Source of the DNA: Candidatus Poribacteria bacterium
Lineage (GTDB): Bacteria; Poribacteria; WGA-4E; PCPOR2b
Assembly: GCA_965208325.1 (NCBI GenBank)
Contig: OZ242326.1
Location: forward strand, 2,432,001 to 2,496,000
Length of the DNA: 64,000 nt
Direction of reading: 5' to 3'
Made by a program: the position numbers and the translations under genes. The notes under the pieces were generated by a model, which searched no databases, was not told where the DNA came from, and saw nothing but the letters and a program-made list of their open reading frames with translations. Positions 29,404-38,751 of this stretch are shown here, in pieces. Positions within the stretch are counted from its first letter, which is position 1, and every line of letters begins with the position of its first letter.

Positions 29404-29618
29404 GGCAAATCCTCCTGTGTGGAAAAACATCCGCTAGAGCCCGGCCGCCCGTATGTTTTGACATTGTCGCGCCGCCGTTGGGGCTGTTTGAAATCTCCTA
29501 CCGAAATGAAAAAGTCAGATCATCCCGCCCACGCAAAATTATACTATACACACGTTTAGTCTGTCCACCGAATTTTCAATTTTTTTCGGCACCACTGAAT
29601 TCGGTGTAGCTTTCGTAA
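29404..29618 (-). promoter_or_regulatory. Conserved promoter and leader, copy B
   Basis: Aligns with 28157-28372. Confidence 0.7.
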
Positions 29619-29798
29619 GTTGGCCAAAGTCTACGGTGCGAAAACCAACCCTCCTTACCGCAAATTAAAAAACGCCCGGTGTAAATATTTTGTGCGTAAT
29701 GTAAACATATTTTGCTCAAAATTAAAAAAAAGTACCTACATGGTAACTTCATACACTACTAAATTGTACGGTGTCTTACATTTTGAATAAAAACACCC

Positions 29799-29827
29799 TT
29801 GACAGATCTCTTTTCATCAAGTATTAT
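29799..29827 (+). promoter_or_regulatory. Sigma70-type promoter
   Basis: TTGACA-N17-TATTAT. Confidence 0.65.
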
Positions 29828-29892
29828 AACATATAGTAGCTCACGCGCCGTGTAATCGCGCCGCGATTTACAACTAATTATAAAACAATTAG

Positions 29893-29951
29893 AAAAGGCA
29901 AACCCGCGAGGCAGCCTTATCAAGTGATGCTGAGGGTTTGCCTTTTTTTTT
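29893..29951 (+). terminator. Intrinsic terminator/attenuator upstream of the terminase genes
   Basis: AAAAGGCAAACCC...GGGTTTGCCTTTT stem followed by a T9 run. Confidence 0.7.
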
Positions 29952-30134
29952 GAAATGCGCATCGGCATTTGAACGGCATGTGCTAATCCATGTATCTAGG
30001 TGGAGAAAAAATAATCCGTTGTAATTTGTAATTCGCTAAACCGCTCTACGACTAGCATTCGGCGATCCCGAAATTACAACGTTGTAAGGCGTTGTAAATT
30101 TAATCATAACAAACCGCCTCGCTGAGGTCATAAA

Positions 30135-30698
30135 ATGTCCGATAAATCAACTTGGTTGGAAGCCATGAAAGGCGAAGACATTCGAAAAAACATCGCCTAC
30201 AACATTCAGCGGTACGGCACCAAAAAAACCGTCGAAGCCATCTACGATGATCCGAAATTTGCGATTTGCAGAACGGAAAACGCCGCGCAGGATCGGCGCG
30301 CAATCCATAACGCAATCCAGGTCTGCAATCCCAAAAACCGAGACCGGTTCAACTCGCAAAAATATGGCGCCGCCGTCGCGGACGCCGTCAGAGATCAGCT
30401 TGAATTCACCGTCGCCGAACACCTGCCGGACATTGAACAGTCCCTCAAGCGCATGCGCGACGTTGACGACTCGGCTGTCGCCGCCGAAAATATCAATGAA
30501 CTTAAGCTGCTTAAATTAAGGTTGGAGATTCATGAGAAATATAGATCAGCCTCATTCTCACTCACAGGGCCTATTCGCGTCTACGAGCGCCAACCTGGCG
30601 ACTCGGGCGCCGGTGCAGCCCAATCTCAATTTAATTCGGGAGATTCGGGCGAAAGGCTACCTGAGCCCCCGAAATCGTTACGAAACGATTCGGAGTAA
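30135..30698 (+). CDS. Hypothetical helical protein in the terminase small-subunit position
   Basis: 187 aa, helical/coiled-coil composition, immediately upstream of TerL; function inferred from synteny only. Confidence 0.5.
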   Translation: MSDKSTWLEAMKGEDIRKNIAYNIQRYGTKKTVEAIYDDPKFAICRTENAAQDRRAIHNAIQVCNPKNRDRFNSQKYGAAVADAVRDQLEFTVAEHLPDIEQSLKRMRDVDDSAVAAENINELKLLKLRLEIHEKYRSASFSLTGPIRVYERQPGDSGAGAAQSQFNSGDSGERLPEPPKSLRNDSE

Positions 30699-32421
30699 AG
30701 GCTTGATTCATAACGAGGAAGAACGTAAGCTAGTCGTCCACCTGGCTTACGTCGATCCGGAGTTCTTTGTCGAACGCTATCTGCTCGCCCCGCACGACAT
30801 GTCGCCGTTGCAGCCGCACCATGTCGAACTCCTAAACCTCATCCCGTATAACGAAACCGGCGTCAAAGTCAACGTCCAAGCGCCGCGCGGCTCCGCGAAG
30901 ACAACCTGCTGCGCACTCTGGTACCCGCTCTGGAGAATCTGTTTCAAAGACTTTCAGCTCGCTGAAGGCGTCCCGGACGAAAAATTTATCCTCATAATCA
31001 GTCGAAACGAAGGAATGGCGCAAGGCATACTTCGTAACATCAAGGGACTAATGGATACACCGGGAATTGTCGAAGACTTTGGAATTCTGCGCGGTCCCGT
31101 ATGGAAAATGGATGAATGCGAGACCGCAAACGGCGTCACCCTCGTGCCCCGCGGACGTAACCAATCACCGCGCGGCTCGCTCGTACGCGGCAAACGCCCG
31201 TCCCTCCTCATCGTCGATGACCTTGAAGACACCGAACGCTGCATGAACCCCAAACTGCGTCAAAACGATTGGGATTGGCTGTTCTCGGATGTCATGTTTA
31301 CGTCCGACATCAGCGGGAACATCAACTGTATCTACGTCGACACCGTCAAACACCCGGAAAGCATTTCCATGCGGTTGACCAAGATGCCCGGATGGAAAAA
31401 TGTCCACTTCAAAGCCATTAAAGAACCCGAAGACCTCTACCACCCGACCCACGAACATCTCTGGAAAGAATGGGCAGGAATTTATGGAGACATGACGCTC
31501 AATGACGTAGAGCGAGACACGAAGGCTGACGAATTCTATAACGCCCACGCTGCAAACATGACCGCCGGCGTCATTGCGCTCTGGCCCGATCTGTTGCCGT
31601 TTCTCGAAGTCCGTAAGATGGTTGTTGAGCGAGGATATCACTTCTGCTTGAGGGAACTGCAAAATATCGCCCGCGACCCGAGTATGTCGATGTTTGATAT
31701 GGAAAACGCCATGACGTTCCGCATGCATGAGCGCGGCATGTTACGGAAGGACGGTCGTATCGTCGAATGGAGCCAAATCAGCGGCTTCACCACCTACCTC
31801 GACACCATGGGCGGGCGCGACGTACCCGATAATTCGTACGCTTGTGCCGTCGTCGTCGCCTGGGAGCCGTTACCGGGTGATAACAGGTCCAACTCCAACT
31901 CGATGGCGGGTATGAACGGGTATGTCCTGCTCTGCTGGCTGGATCGTACAGGGCTGACCGAACAGTTCGACTGCGCCATCCAGCTCCACCATCACGCACT
32001 AGCCATGCTGCACAAAGCCGTGCCGGAATCCAAGTTTTTCGTTGAATTGCCGCCTGACAAAGATTACACCATTCGCCGGGCTTACAATTCCGCATTCGAT
32101 TCCATGCGCAAAAAGCACCGGTTCGAAACACCGTTGGGTTTCCATTCCCAAACGCAGAAGAAGGAGGCGCGTATCGAAACGCTGGAACCCTCAATAAAAA
32201 ACGGCTGGCTCGCCTTCAACGAGGTCGGCCTGCCCGGCGAGTTCTGGAAACAGTTCCGCGAGTTCCCGACCGCCGATCACAACGACGCCCCGGACGCCGT
32301 GCAGGGCGCATGCCGCGCGCGTATCTACAAATCTGAACGAATCCGCAACGCTAGACGGTATCAAGACCCCGATCTCGAAGAATGGTACCGTGTAAACAGA
32401 TACAGAACCGTGCGCTTTTAA
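30532..32421 (+). CDS. terL: Phage terminase large subunit (alternative start TTG 30703)
   Basis: Walker A APRGSAKT, Walker B LLIVDDLE, RNase H-like YLDT...KEARI...FPTADHNDAPDA. Confidence 0.85.
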   Translation: MRNIDQPHSHSQGLFASTSANLATRAPVQPNLNLIREIRAKGYLSPRNRYETIRSKGLIHNEEERKLVVHLAYVDPEFFVERYLLAPHDMSPLQPHHVELLNLIPYNETGVKVNVQAPRGSAKTTCCALWYPLWRICFKDFQLAEGVPDEKFILIISRNEGMAQGILRNIKGLMDTPGIVEDFGILRGPVWKMDECETANGVTLVPRGRNQSPRGSLVRGKRPSLLIVDDLEDTERCMNPKLRQNDWDWLFSDVMFTSDISGNINCIYVDTVKHPESISMRLTKMPGWKNVHFKAIKEPEDLYHPTHEHLWKEWAGIYGDMTLNDVERDTKADEFYNAHAANMTAGVIALWPDLLPFLEVRKMVVERGYHFCLRELQNIARDPSMSMFDMENAMTFRMHERGMLRKDGRIVEWSQISGFTTYLDTMGGRDVPDNSYACAVVVAWEPLPGDNRSNSNSMAGMNGYVLLCWLDRTGLTEQFDCAIQLHHHALAMLHKAVPESKFFVELPPDKDYTIRRAYNSAFDSMRKKHRFETPLGFHSQTQKKEARIETLEPSIKNGWLAFNEVGLPGEFWKQFREFPTADHNDAPDAVQGACRARIYKSERIRNARRYQDPDLEEWYRVNRYRTVRF

Positions 32422-32489
32422 CCCCCAAAATTAAAATTTCTCCCCCTTACCAAGGGGGAGCTAGAGGGGGTTCGGTGAAACACAATAAT

Positions 32490-32559
32490 GTGGGAGAGGC
32501 TTCCCAGCCTCGATAATCAATCTGTCCATTCATCCTGTCGCAAGTATGAACCGACATGA
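32490..32559 (+). repeat. 70-bp dispersed repeat, copy 2
   Basis: Aligns with 5687-5756. Confidence 0.75.
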
Positions 32560-32661
32560 CCGTAGAGGAAATTCGAAACAACGCAAAAAATAATGCAACA
32601 CAAACCTTCGTTTTTACGGTTGTTTGGCGCCAACAATCACAAAATCCTCCCCCTTTACAAG

Positions 32662-34315
32662 CTTACTATTACCCACAAGTCATGTAATCTGGAAGGTGAG
32701 CGTTTTTTTGCGTCTCTTATTTGCCTAACATGATTGCGTGCAAGTTAGGCGGGTAACATATCGGAATCGAGAATCAGTATTTGCTTGGCGAAAGCAAATG
32801 TGATAAATTCGAGGGGCTAGGTTACCGAAAATCATAACGACCTCACTACGAAATTGGAGTCAACTATGCCTTCAAACCATGATGAGTTCAAGCTCCCTTG
32901 GAGTCGCCAAGAATTTGGGACGATTCATTTGGGAGATAAACGTCTCACTGAGCGACTGATTGATGTCGCCGAAGAATTATCAGGCTATCCGCAATCCTCC
33001 ATCAACGCTGCCTGTGGTGATTGGGCAGCCACAAAAGCAGCTTATCGTTTATTTGATAACCAGAAGGTCACAGCAGAAAAAATTCTAGTGCCTCACTTTC
33101 AACGTACTGTTGAACGAATGAGTGAACATCAACGTGTTTTTGCAGTACAGGATACGACCTATCTGAATTACACGCATCACCCGTTGACCGAGGGCTTAGG
33201 TCCAATTGGGACAAAGTCGCAGCAAATCTACGGGTTTGTCAAACACACGACGCTAGTGCTCACTGAGTCGGGATTGCCATTGGGGTGACTCACGGATAAA
33301 GTTTGGGTCCGGGAAGATTCCGAGCAAACCGTTCGCAAAACCAATCCGCCACTGACTGAAAAAGAGAGTTACAAATGGATTGAAGCGTTAAATGAAATCA
33401 AAGCGCAAACTCCAGCAGGGGTTGAGGTAATTTCCATCTGTGACCGTGAAGCCGATATTTATGAATTTTTTGTTGAATCACAAGACACACCCTTCGTGAT
33501 TCGAGCGGTTCAGAATCGAATTGTTGATGATGAGCTGGGTAAACTCAATCCCTTGGTCAAAAGTCAACCTGCTTCCGGTATGCTAGTTGTTAAGGTACCC
33601 GCTCGTGGGAACCAAGCATCTCGTGAGGCTACGGTCAGTGTTCATTTTACGGCAACGACGCTGGTTCCTCCCTATCGTTCGCAGGCGTCACAATCGCCAA
33701 ATCTACCTGCAATTGAGGTGAATGTCATCTGGGTAGCAGAGGTGAATCCACCCGCGAGGGCAACCCCGATTGAATGGCTGTTAATCACGAATGTAGAAGT
33801 GGCCAATTTTTCGGACGCTCTGGAACGAATACGTTGGTACAGTTTAAGATGGCAAATTGAAGTCTATTTCAAGGTCCTCAAATCCGGCACCAAAATCGAA
33901 TCGTGCCGTCTGCAAACTAAAAGTCGGCTTTTACGATACTTTGCGCTAACCAGTGTGATTGCGTGGCGGTTGTACTGGCTGACGATGATGAACCGCCATG
34001 CCCCGACTGCGGATTGTAGGTGTGTGCTAACATCTGATGAGTGGAAAGCGCTCTATTGTGTGTCTCATCGGCGTAGCACTTTGCCCAAGCAAATTCCTAC
34101 CGTTTCTGAGGTAGTGATTTGGATTGCCAAGCTCGGTGGTTTTTTAGCGCGCAGGTCCGACGGTGAGCCTGGGGTGACTGTTATCTGGCGAGGGTGGCAG
34201 CGGTTAAGAGATATTTCTGACACCTTTCGCCTTTTTCACAGTGTCGAATTGAACGATAGTTCTTAGCACTAACATAGAAAACCACTACCTCCGAAGACTT
34301 GTGGGTAATAGTAAG
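32662..34315 (+). mobile_element. IS4-family (IS50/Tn5-like) insertion sequence, 1654 bp
   Basis: Perfect 20-bp TIRs CTTACTATTACCCACAAGTC / GACTTGTGGGTAATAGTAAG; 9-bp target duplication CTTTACAAG (32653-32661, 34316-34324). Confidence 0.95.
32866..34266 (+). pseudogene. IS4/Tn5-type transposase with one in-frame TGA (33286-33288)
   Basis: LGDKRLTERL, VQDTTYLNY, read-through ICDREADIYEF, YSLRWQIEVYFKVLKSG, LGGFLARRSDGEPG, all in one frame. Confidence 0.9.
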
Positions 34316-34468
34316 CTTTACAAGGGGGAGTTAGAGGGGGTAGGGTTCAAGACTAAATCCCAGATCGAATCCTCAATTCAAGCCAGTATACTAGATGTCT
34401 CTCTGCCTTCACTCTTGACTTCTGTTTTGCCATAATGCAATAATCTAGTAAAACCAATCCGAAAAACA

Positions 34469-37400
34469 ATGCCAACCCTCAACCTAAAACCCACCCACAA
34501 ACCCATCAAAAACTACTACGCCGCGCTCGATCAATTCGACCGCCTCGGCGTTACGCACGAATCCGCCGTCCGCTCGGCATTTCAATCCCTGCTCCAGCAC
34601 TGTGCGCGACAGTTTAATTGCACGCTTGTGCCCGAACATTCGACAACCGGACGTAAAAACAATCGGATTATTGTTGACGGTGCGTTGATGGACGATTTTC
34701 GGTTGACGCACGGCTATTGGGAAGCGAAGGATGAAGATGACGACTTGCCTTCTGAAGTGGTACGCAAGTTTAAGAGGGGTTATCCCCGTGACAACATCCT
34801 TTTCCAAGAACCGTACCGTGCCATTCTCTGGCAGAACGATCGCCAGACGCTTGATGCGGATTTGAGAGATCCTCCGCAACTGATAAGCACGCTTGAAAGA
34901 TTCTTTTCCTACCGCCCGGAAGAGTACACCGAGTGGGAGGAGGCGGTCGCACATTTCAAAGTGGTCGTGCCCGCACTCGGACATGAATTGGCGAAACTCA
35001 TACAGACAAAACGCGATACCAATCGTCAATTCAAGATCGCCTTTGAGGAATTTTACGAGAACTGTCGTCTAGCCATCAATCCCAATCTCTCCGAAGCCGC
35101 AGTCGAGGAGATGTTGATTCAGCACCTCTTGACAGAACAAGTATTCCGCACTGTCTTCGGTAACCCCGACTTCACCCGCCGCAACGTCATCGCCATAGAA
35201 ATCGAGAAGGTGATAGACGCACTAACATCGCAGGCGTTCAGCCGTCAAGATTTTTTGAGTCCCCTTAACACTTTCTACGCGAAAATTGAACGCACTGCGG
35301 CCACCATTGATGATTTTTCGCAAAAACAAGGCTTTCTCAACACCGTCTACGAGCAGTTTTTTCAGGGCTTTTCGGTGAAAGTTGCCGACACGCACGGAAT
35401 TGTCTACACGCCGCAGCCGATCGTCGATTTCATGGTGAGAAGCGTTGAAGAGATTCTAAAGAATGAGTTCAATCGATCGCTCTCCGATACCGGCGTAAAT
35501 ATCATTGACCCGTTTGTGGGCACCGGCAATTTCATCGTACGAATCATGCGCGAGATTCGCAAGACTGCGCTGGCACTAAAATATGCGAAAGAATTACACT
35601 GCATCGAGGTAATGCTGCTGCCCTACTACATTGCGTCAATGAACATTGAGCACGAGTTTTACGACGCGACAGGGATGTATCGTCCCTACGAGCTCATTTG
35701 CTTCGCGGACACTTTCGAGTCGGTGGATGACCCAGAATACCATGAAACATCGCTGTTCGCGGAAAAAAATACCCGCCGCTTTGAAAATCAGAAAGAGACG
35801 CCGATGTTTGTGGTTATCGGCAATCCCCCCTATAACATCGGTCAGGTTAACGAACACGACAATAACAAAAACCGGAAATACCCAGCGATTGATTCGCGGA
35901 TCGCAAGCACGTATGTTAATGACTCCAAAGCGATGCTAAAAACTGCACTTTACGACCCGTATGTGAAGGCTATTTCTTGGGCATCTGAAAGGATTGAACA
36001 GGAGGGAGTTGTCGCCTTCGTAACCAACAACAGTTTTCTTGATGGTGTGGCATTTGACGGGATGCGAAAGCACCTAGCGGCTGATTTCGACGCAATTTAC
36101 ATCCTCGACTTAGGCGGGAATGCTCGGAAGGGACTGAAGGTCTCGGATACGAATGTGTTCGGGATTCGAGTCGGGATAAGCATCAGTTTTTTAATCAGAA
36201 GGCGTTATAATTCAAACTCCCTTGCCGAAATTTTCTACGCCCGAGTTGATGAATTTTGGAACAAGGCGGAGATTTTCCAGCATCTCAATTCAATAGTACA
36301 CTACAGAAACATCGAATGGAAGCCAATTACGCCCGACCATCGAAATTCATGGCTCACCGAAGGGCTCCACACTGAGTTTGAGAGCTATATTTCGATGGGG
36401 ACTAAGGCCACAAAAGCTTCGAAAGGTGAGTCAGTCGACGCGATTTTTAAGATTTATAGCGGCGGTGTTAAAACTAATCGAGATGCGTGGGTGTACAATT
36501 TCAACAAAAAAGCGCTCGCTGAAACCATGAACGGGTTGATCGGAACTTTCGCGGTGGAGGCTGATAGATGGAAACGTCGCAAGAATTGGGACGTCACAGT
36601 TGATGACTTCGTGATTTACGATAGCACGAAAATCAAGTGGAGTTCAAGCTTAAAAAAGAAACTCGTAGGCGGTCAAATTGCAGAATTTTCAAACGCAAAA
36701 ATTAGGCGATCTTTCTATCGCCCATTCGTGATAGCGAATCTCTACTTTGATCGTATGGCAATCGATCGTGTACTCGTATTTCCATCTATTTTCCCAACAC
36801 CGGAAACCGAAACCAACAACAGAGTGATTTGTGTTGCTGGCGTTGGCGATAGAAAAGGCTTCGGTTGCTTTATTACCAACGGGATACCTGCCTTTGATCT
36901 GGCCTTTGAAAAAGCCCAATGTTTCCCTTTCTACACCTACGACGAGGACGGCTCAAACCGACGCGAAAACATCACCGCTTGGGCATTGTCACAATTCAGA
37001 GAGCATTACCGAGACATCGACATCGGCAAATGGGACATCTTTCATTACGTCTACGGTCTGCTGCATCATCCAGAATATCGGGAGCGGTACGCCGCGAATC
37101 TCAAGCGCGACCTCCCGCGTCTCCCCTATGCGCCCGACTTCTGGGGTTTTGCCAAAGCAGGCAAACGCCTGGGGGAAATCCACGTCGGTTATGAAAACGT
37201 GGGTGAATATCCGCTCGACCCAATCGAAACGCCGGATACACAGCTTGATTGGCGCGTAGAGAAGATGAAATTATCCAAGGACAAAACCCAAATAAAATAC
37301 AACAACTTCCTTACCCTCGACGGGATTCCTGCAAAGGCGTTTAACTATCGCCTAGGAAACCGATCGGCGTTGGAATGGGTAATTGACCAGTACCGTGTCA

Positions 37401-37570
37401 AGACCGACAAACGCAGCGGCATCGTCAACGACCCCAACCGCGGCGACGACCCGCAATACATCGTCAAACTCATCGCCAAAGTAATCACCGTCAGCCTCGA
37501 AACCGTCGACATTGTGGAAAATTTACCCGACTTGGGAATCCAAGAATTCTCCCGTGACATAGGGGGCTAA
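34469..37570 (+). CDS. Single-polypeptide R-M enzyme: N-terminal nuclease-like domain + N6-adenine MTase + Type ISP (LlaBIII-like) C-terminal specificity domain, no helicase
   Basis: VDG...YWEAKD; GIVYTPQPIVDFMV; IIDPFVGTGNF (motif I); GNPPY (motif IV); YRPF, DIFHYVYGLLHHPEYRERYAANLKRDLPR. Confidence 0.9.
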   Translation: MPTLNLKPTHKPIKNYYAALDQFDRLGVTHESAVRSAFQSLLQHCARQFNCTLVPEHSTTGRKNNRIIVDGALMDDFRLTHGYWEAKDEDDDLPSEVVRKFKRGYPRDNILFQEPYRAILWQNDRQTLDADLRDPPQLISTLERFFSYRPEEYTEWEEAVAHFKVVVPALGHELAKLIQTKRDTNRQFKIAFEEFYENCRLAINPNLSEAAVEEMLIQHLLTEQVFRTVFGNPDFTRRNVIAIEIEKVIDALTSQAFSRQDFLSPLNTFYAKIERTAATIDDFSQKQGFLNTVYEQFFQGFSVKVADTHGIVYTPQPIVDFMVRSVEEILKNEFNRSLSDTGVNIIDPFVGTGNFIVRIMREIRKTALALKYAKELHCIEVMLLPYYIASMNIEHEFYDATGMYRPYELICFADTFESVDDPEYHETSLFAEKNTRRFENQKETPMFVVIGNPPYNIGQVNEHDNNKNRKYPAIDSRIASTYVNDSKAMLKTALYDPYVKAISWASERIEQEGVVAFVTNNSFLDGVAFDGMRKHLAADFDAIYILDLGGNARKGLKVSDTNVFGIRVGISISFLIRRRYNSNSLAEIFYARVDEFWNKAEIFQHLNSIVHYRNIEWKPITPDHRNSWLTEGLHTEFESYISMGTKATKASKGESVDAIFKIYSGGVKTNRDAWVYNFNKKALAETMNGLIGTFAVEADRWKRRKNWDVTVDDFVIYDSTKIKWSSSLKKKLVGGQIAEFSNAKIRRSFYRPFVIANLYFDRMAIDRVLVFPSIFPTPETETNNRVICVAGVGDRKGFGCFITNGIPAFDLAFEKAQCFPFYTYDEDGSNRRENITAWALSQFREHYRDIDIGKWDIFHYVYGLLHHPEYRERYAANLKRDLPRLPYAPDFWGFAKAGKRLGEIHVGYENVGEYPLDPIETPDTQLDWRVEKMKLSKDKTQIKYNNFLTLDGIPAKAFNYRLGNRSALEWVIDQYRVKTDKRSGIVNDPNRGDDPQYIVKLIAKVITVSLETVDIVENLPDLGIQEFSRDIGG
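37442..37537 (+). repeat. 96-bp direct repeat, copy 1 (3' end of the R-M gene)
   Basis: 92/96 identical to 43781-43876. Confidence 0.95.
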
Positions 37571-37659
37571 GGGCCCCTGTGGCGTCAGGGTTTGTCGGGT
37601 GTTCGGACATTACTCTATTACGCTTCTATTACGCTGAAACAACACACCTCTTTGTTTAT

Positions 37660-38751
37660 ATGCGCACTCAACAAATTTTCACACCTGAAGAACGAGATGA
37701 AAACGCTAAGCGAAAGCGCGAGTTGATTAAGCTTGTTGTTTCAGGAGAGGCTGTTCTCATCGTTGGCGCTGGAAGTAGTGTGCGTGTTGGATTTCCTGAT
37801 TGGCCGTGTCTACTAACAGAACTGGAAGATTTAGCTATAAAATGGGGCGATAGTTTTAAATTAGATGAAATTAAACGCGAAAACGACCCATTGACATATG
37901 TTGAGGACATTAAATCACACATTTACGATAAAACGAGCAACCTAGATAGATATTATAATTTGCTTTATGAGTTATTTGGTCGTCGTCTCGCTTCAGTTGA
38001 TGATTTCCACAAGATGCTAGTGTCATTACCCTTCAAAGGAATCCTAACCACAAATTACGATACTGTGCTTGAAGCAGCATTAACCGAGATAGATCCGTCG
38101 CCACTTGCTTCTGCAAATTCCTTAGTTATTGATGGAGGTTTTGCCGCACCAGTTCGTGAATTTCTCATGGCTATGGTTGATTCAAGTGTCCCTCGACGCA
38201 TTGCTCACTTGCACGGAAGGTATGACAATTGGGATAATATCATTCTGAGTCGCAAGGATTATCAAAGAGCTTATGAAGGGACTTCCGATTCGAAGCCTAC
38301 CGATACTAATCAGGCGCATACGGATTCTGCGTGGACGCTTCATCGAAAATTGTTATGGGCTCTTTTGGCGACTCGTCGCGTTGTTTTTATTGGTTTTAGC
38401 ATGTGCGATCCCTATTTCAACGGTATGTTAGATGTCGTTAGCAATGATTTATGGCGATGGGATAAAGCCACTCACTACGCAATAATGAGTATTTCCCCTG
38501 AAAAAACTGAGTATTCAAAAGCAAAGAAAATCAAACGTGATTACGGAATTGACACTGTCTTTTACGAGGATTTTGACAACTCCCACCAAGGTTTGGATGG
38601 TATCGTCACGGAAATAGCTGAACGATGCAATGTTGAGGAACAACCAGCGATTGCAACAACTGAGACCCAGTCGTCAAGAGATGAAGAAGTACTGAATTGG
38701 CTAGAACAAATGAATCAACGCGTGGAAAGGACAATTGACGGTGAGAATTAA
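37660..38751 (+). CDS. Stand-alone SIR2-like (SIR2_2) NADase-type effector
   Basis: LIVGAGSS, ILTTNYDTVLE, HLHG, VVFIGFSMCDPY. Confidence 0.88.
   Translation: MRTQQIFTPEERDENAKRKRELIKLVVSGEAVLIVGAGSSVRVGFPDWPCLLTELEDLAIKWGDSFKLDEIKRENDPLTYVEDIKSHIYDKTSNLDRYYNLLYELFGRRLASVDDFHKMLVSLPFKGILTTNYDTVLEAALTEIDPSPLASANSLVIDGGFAAPVREFLMAMVDSSVPRRIAHLHGRYDNWDNIILSRKDYQRAYEGTSDSKPTDTNQAHTDSAWTLHRKLLWALLATRRVVFIGFSMCDPYFNGMLDVVSNDLWRWDKATHYAIMSISPEKTEYSKAKKIKRDYGIDTVFYEDFDNSHQGLDGIVTEIAERCNVEEQPAIATTETQSSRDEEVLNWLEQMNQRVERTIDGEN

Noticed and set aside
29890..29951. c-di-GMP-I riboswitch (GGCAAACC)
   Set aside because: Lacks the GNRA loop, the downstream GCAAAG segment and a P3 hairpin; better explained as a terminator stem
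33286..33288. Selenocysteine or recoded TGA in the transposase
   Set aside because: No clear SECIS; other genes here use TGA as stop; a nonsense mutation is simpler
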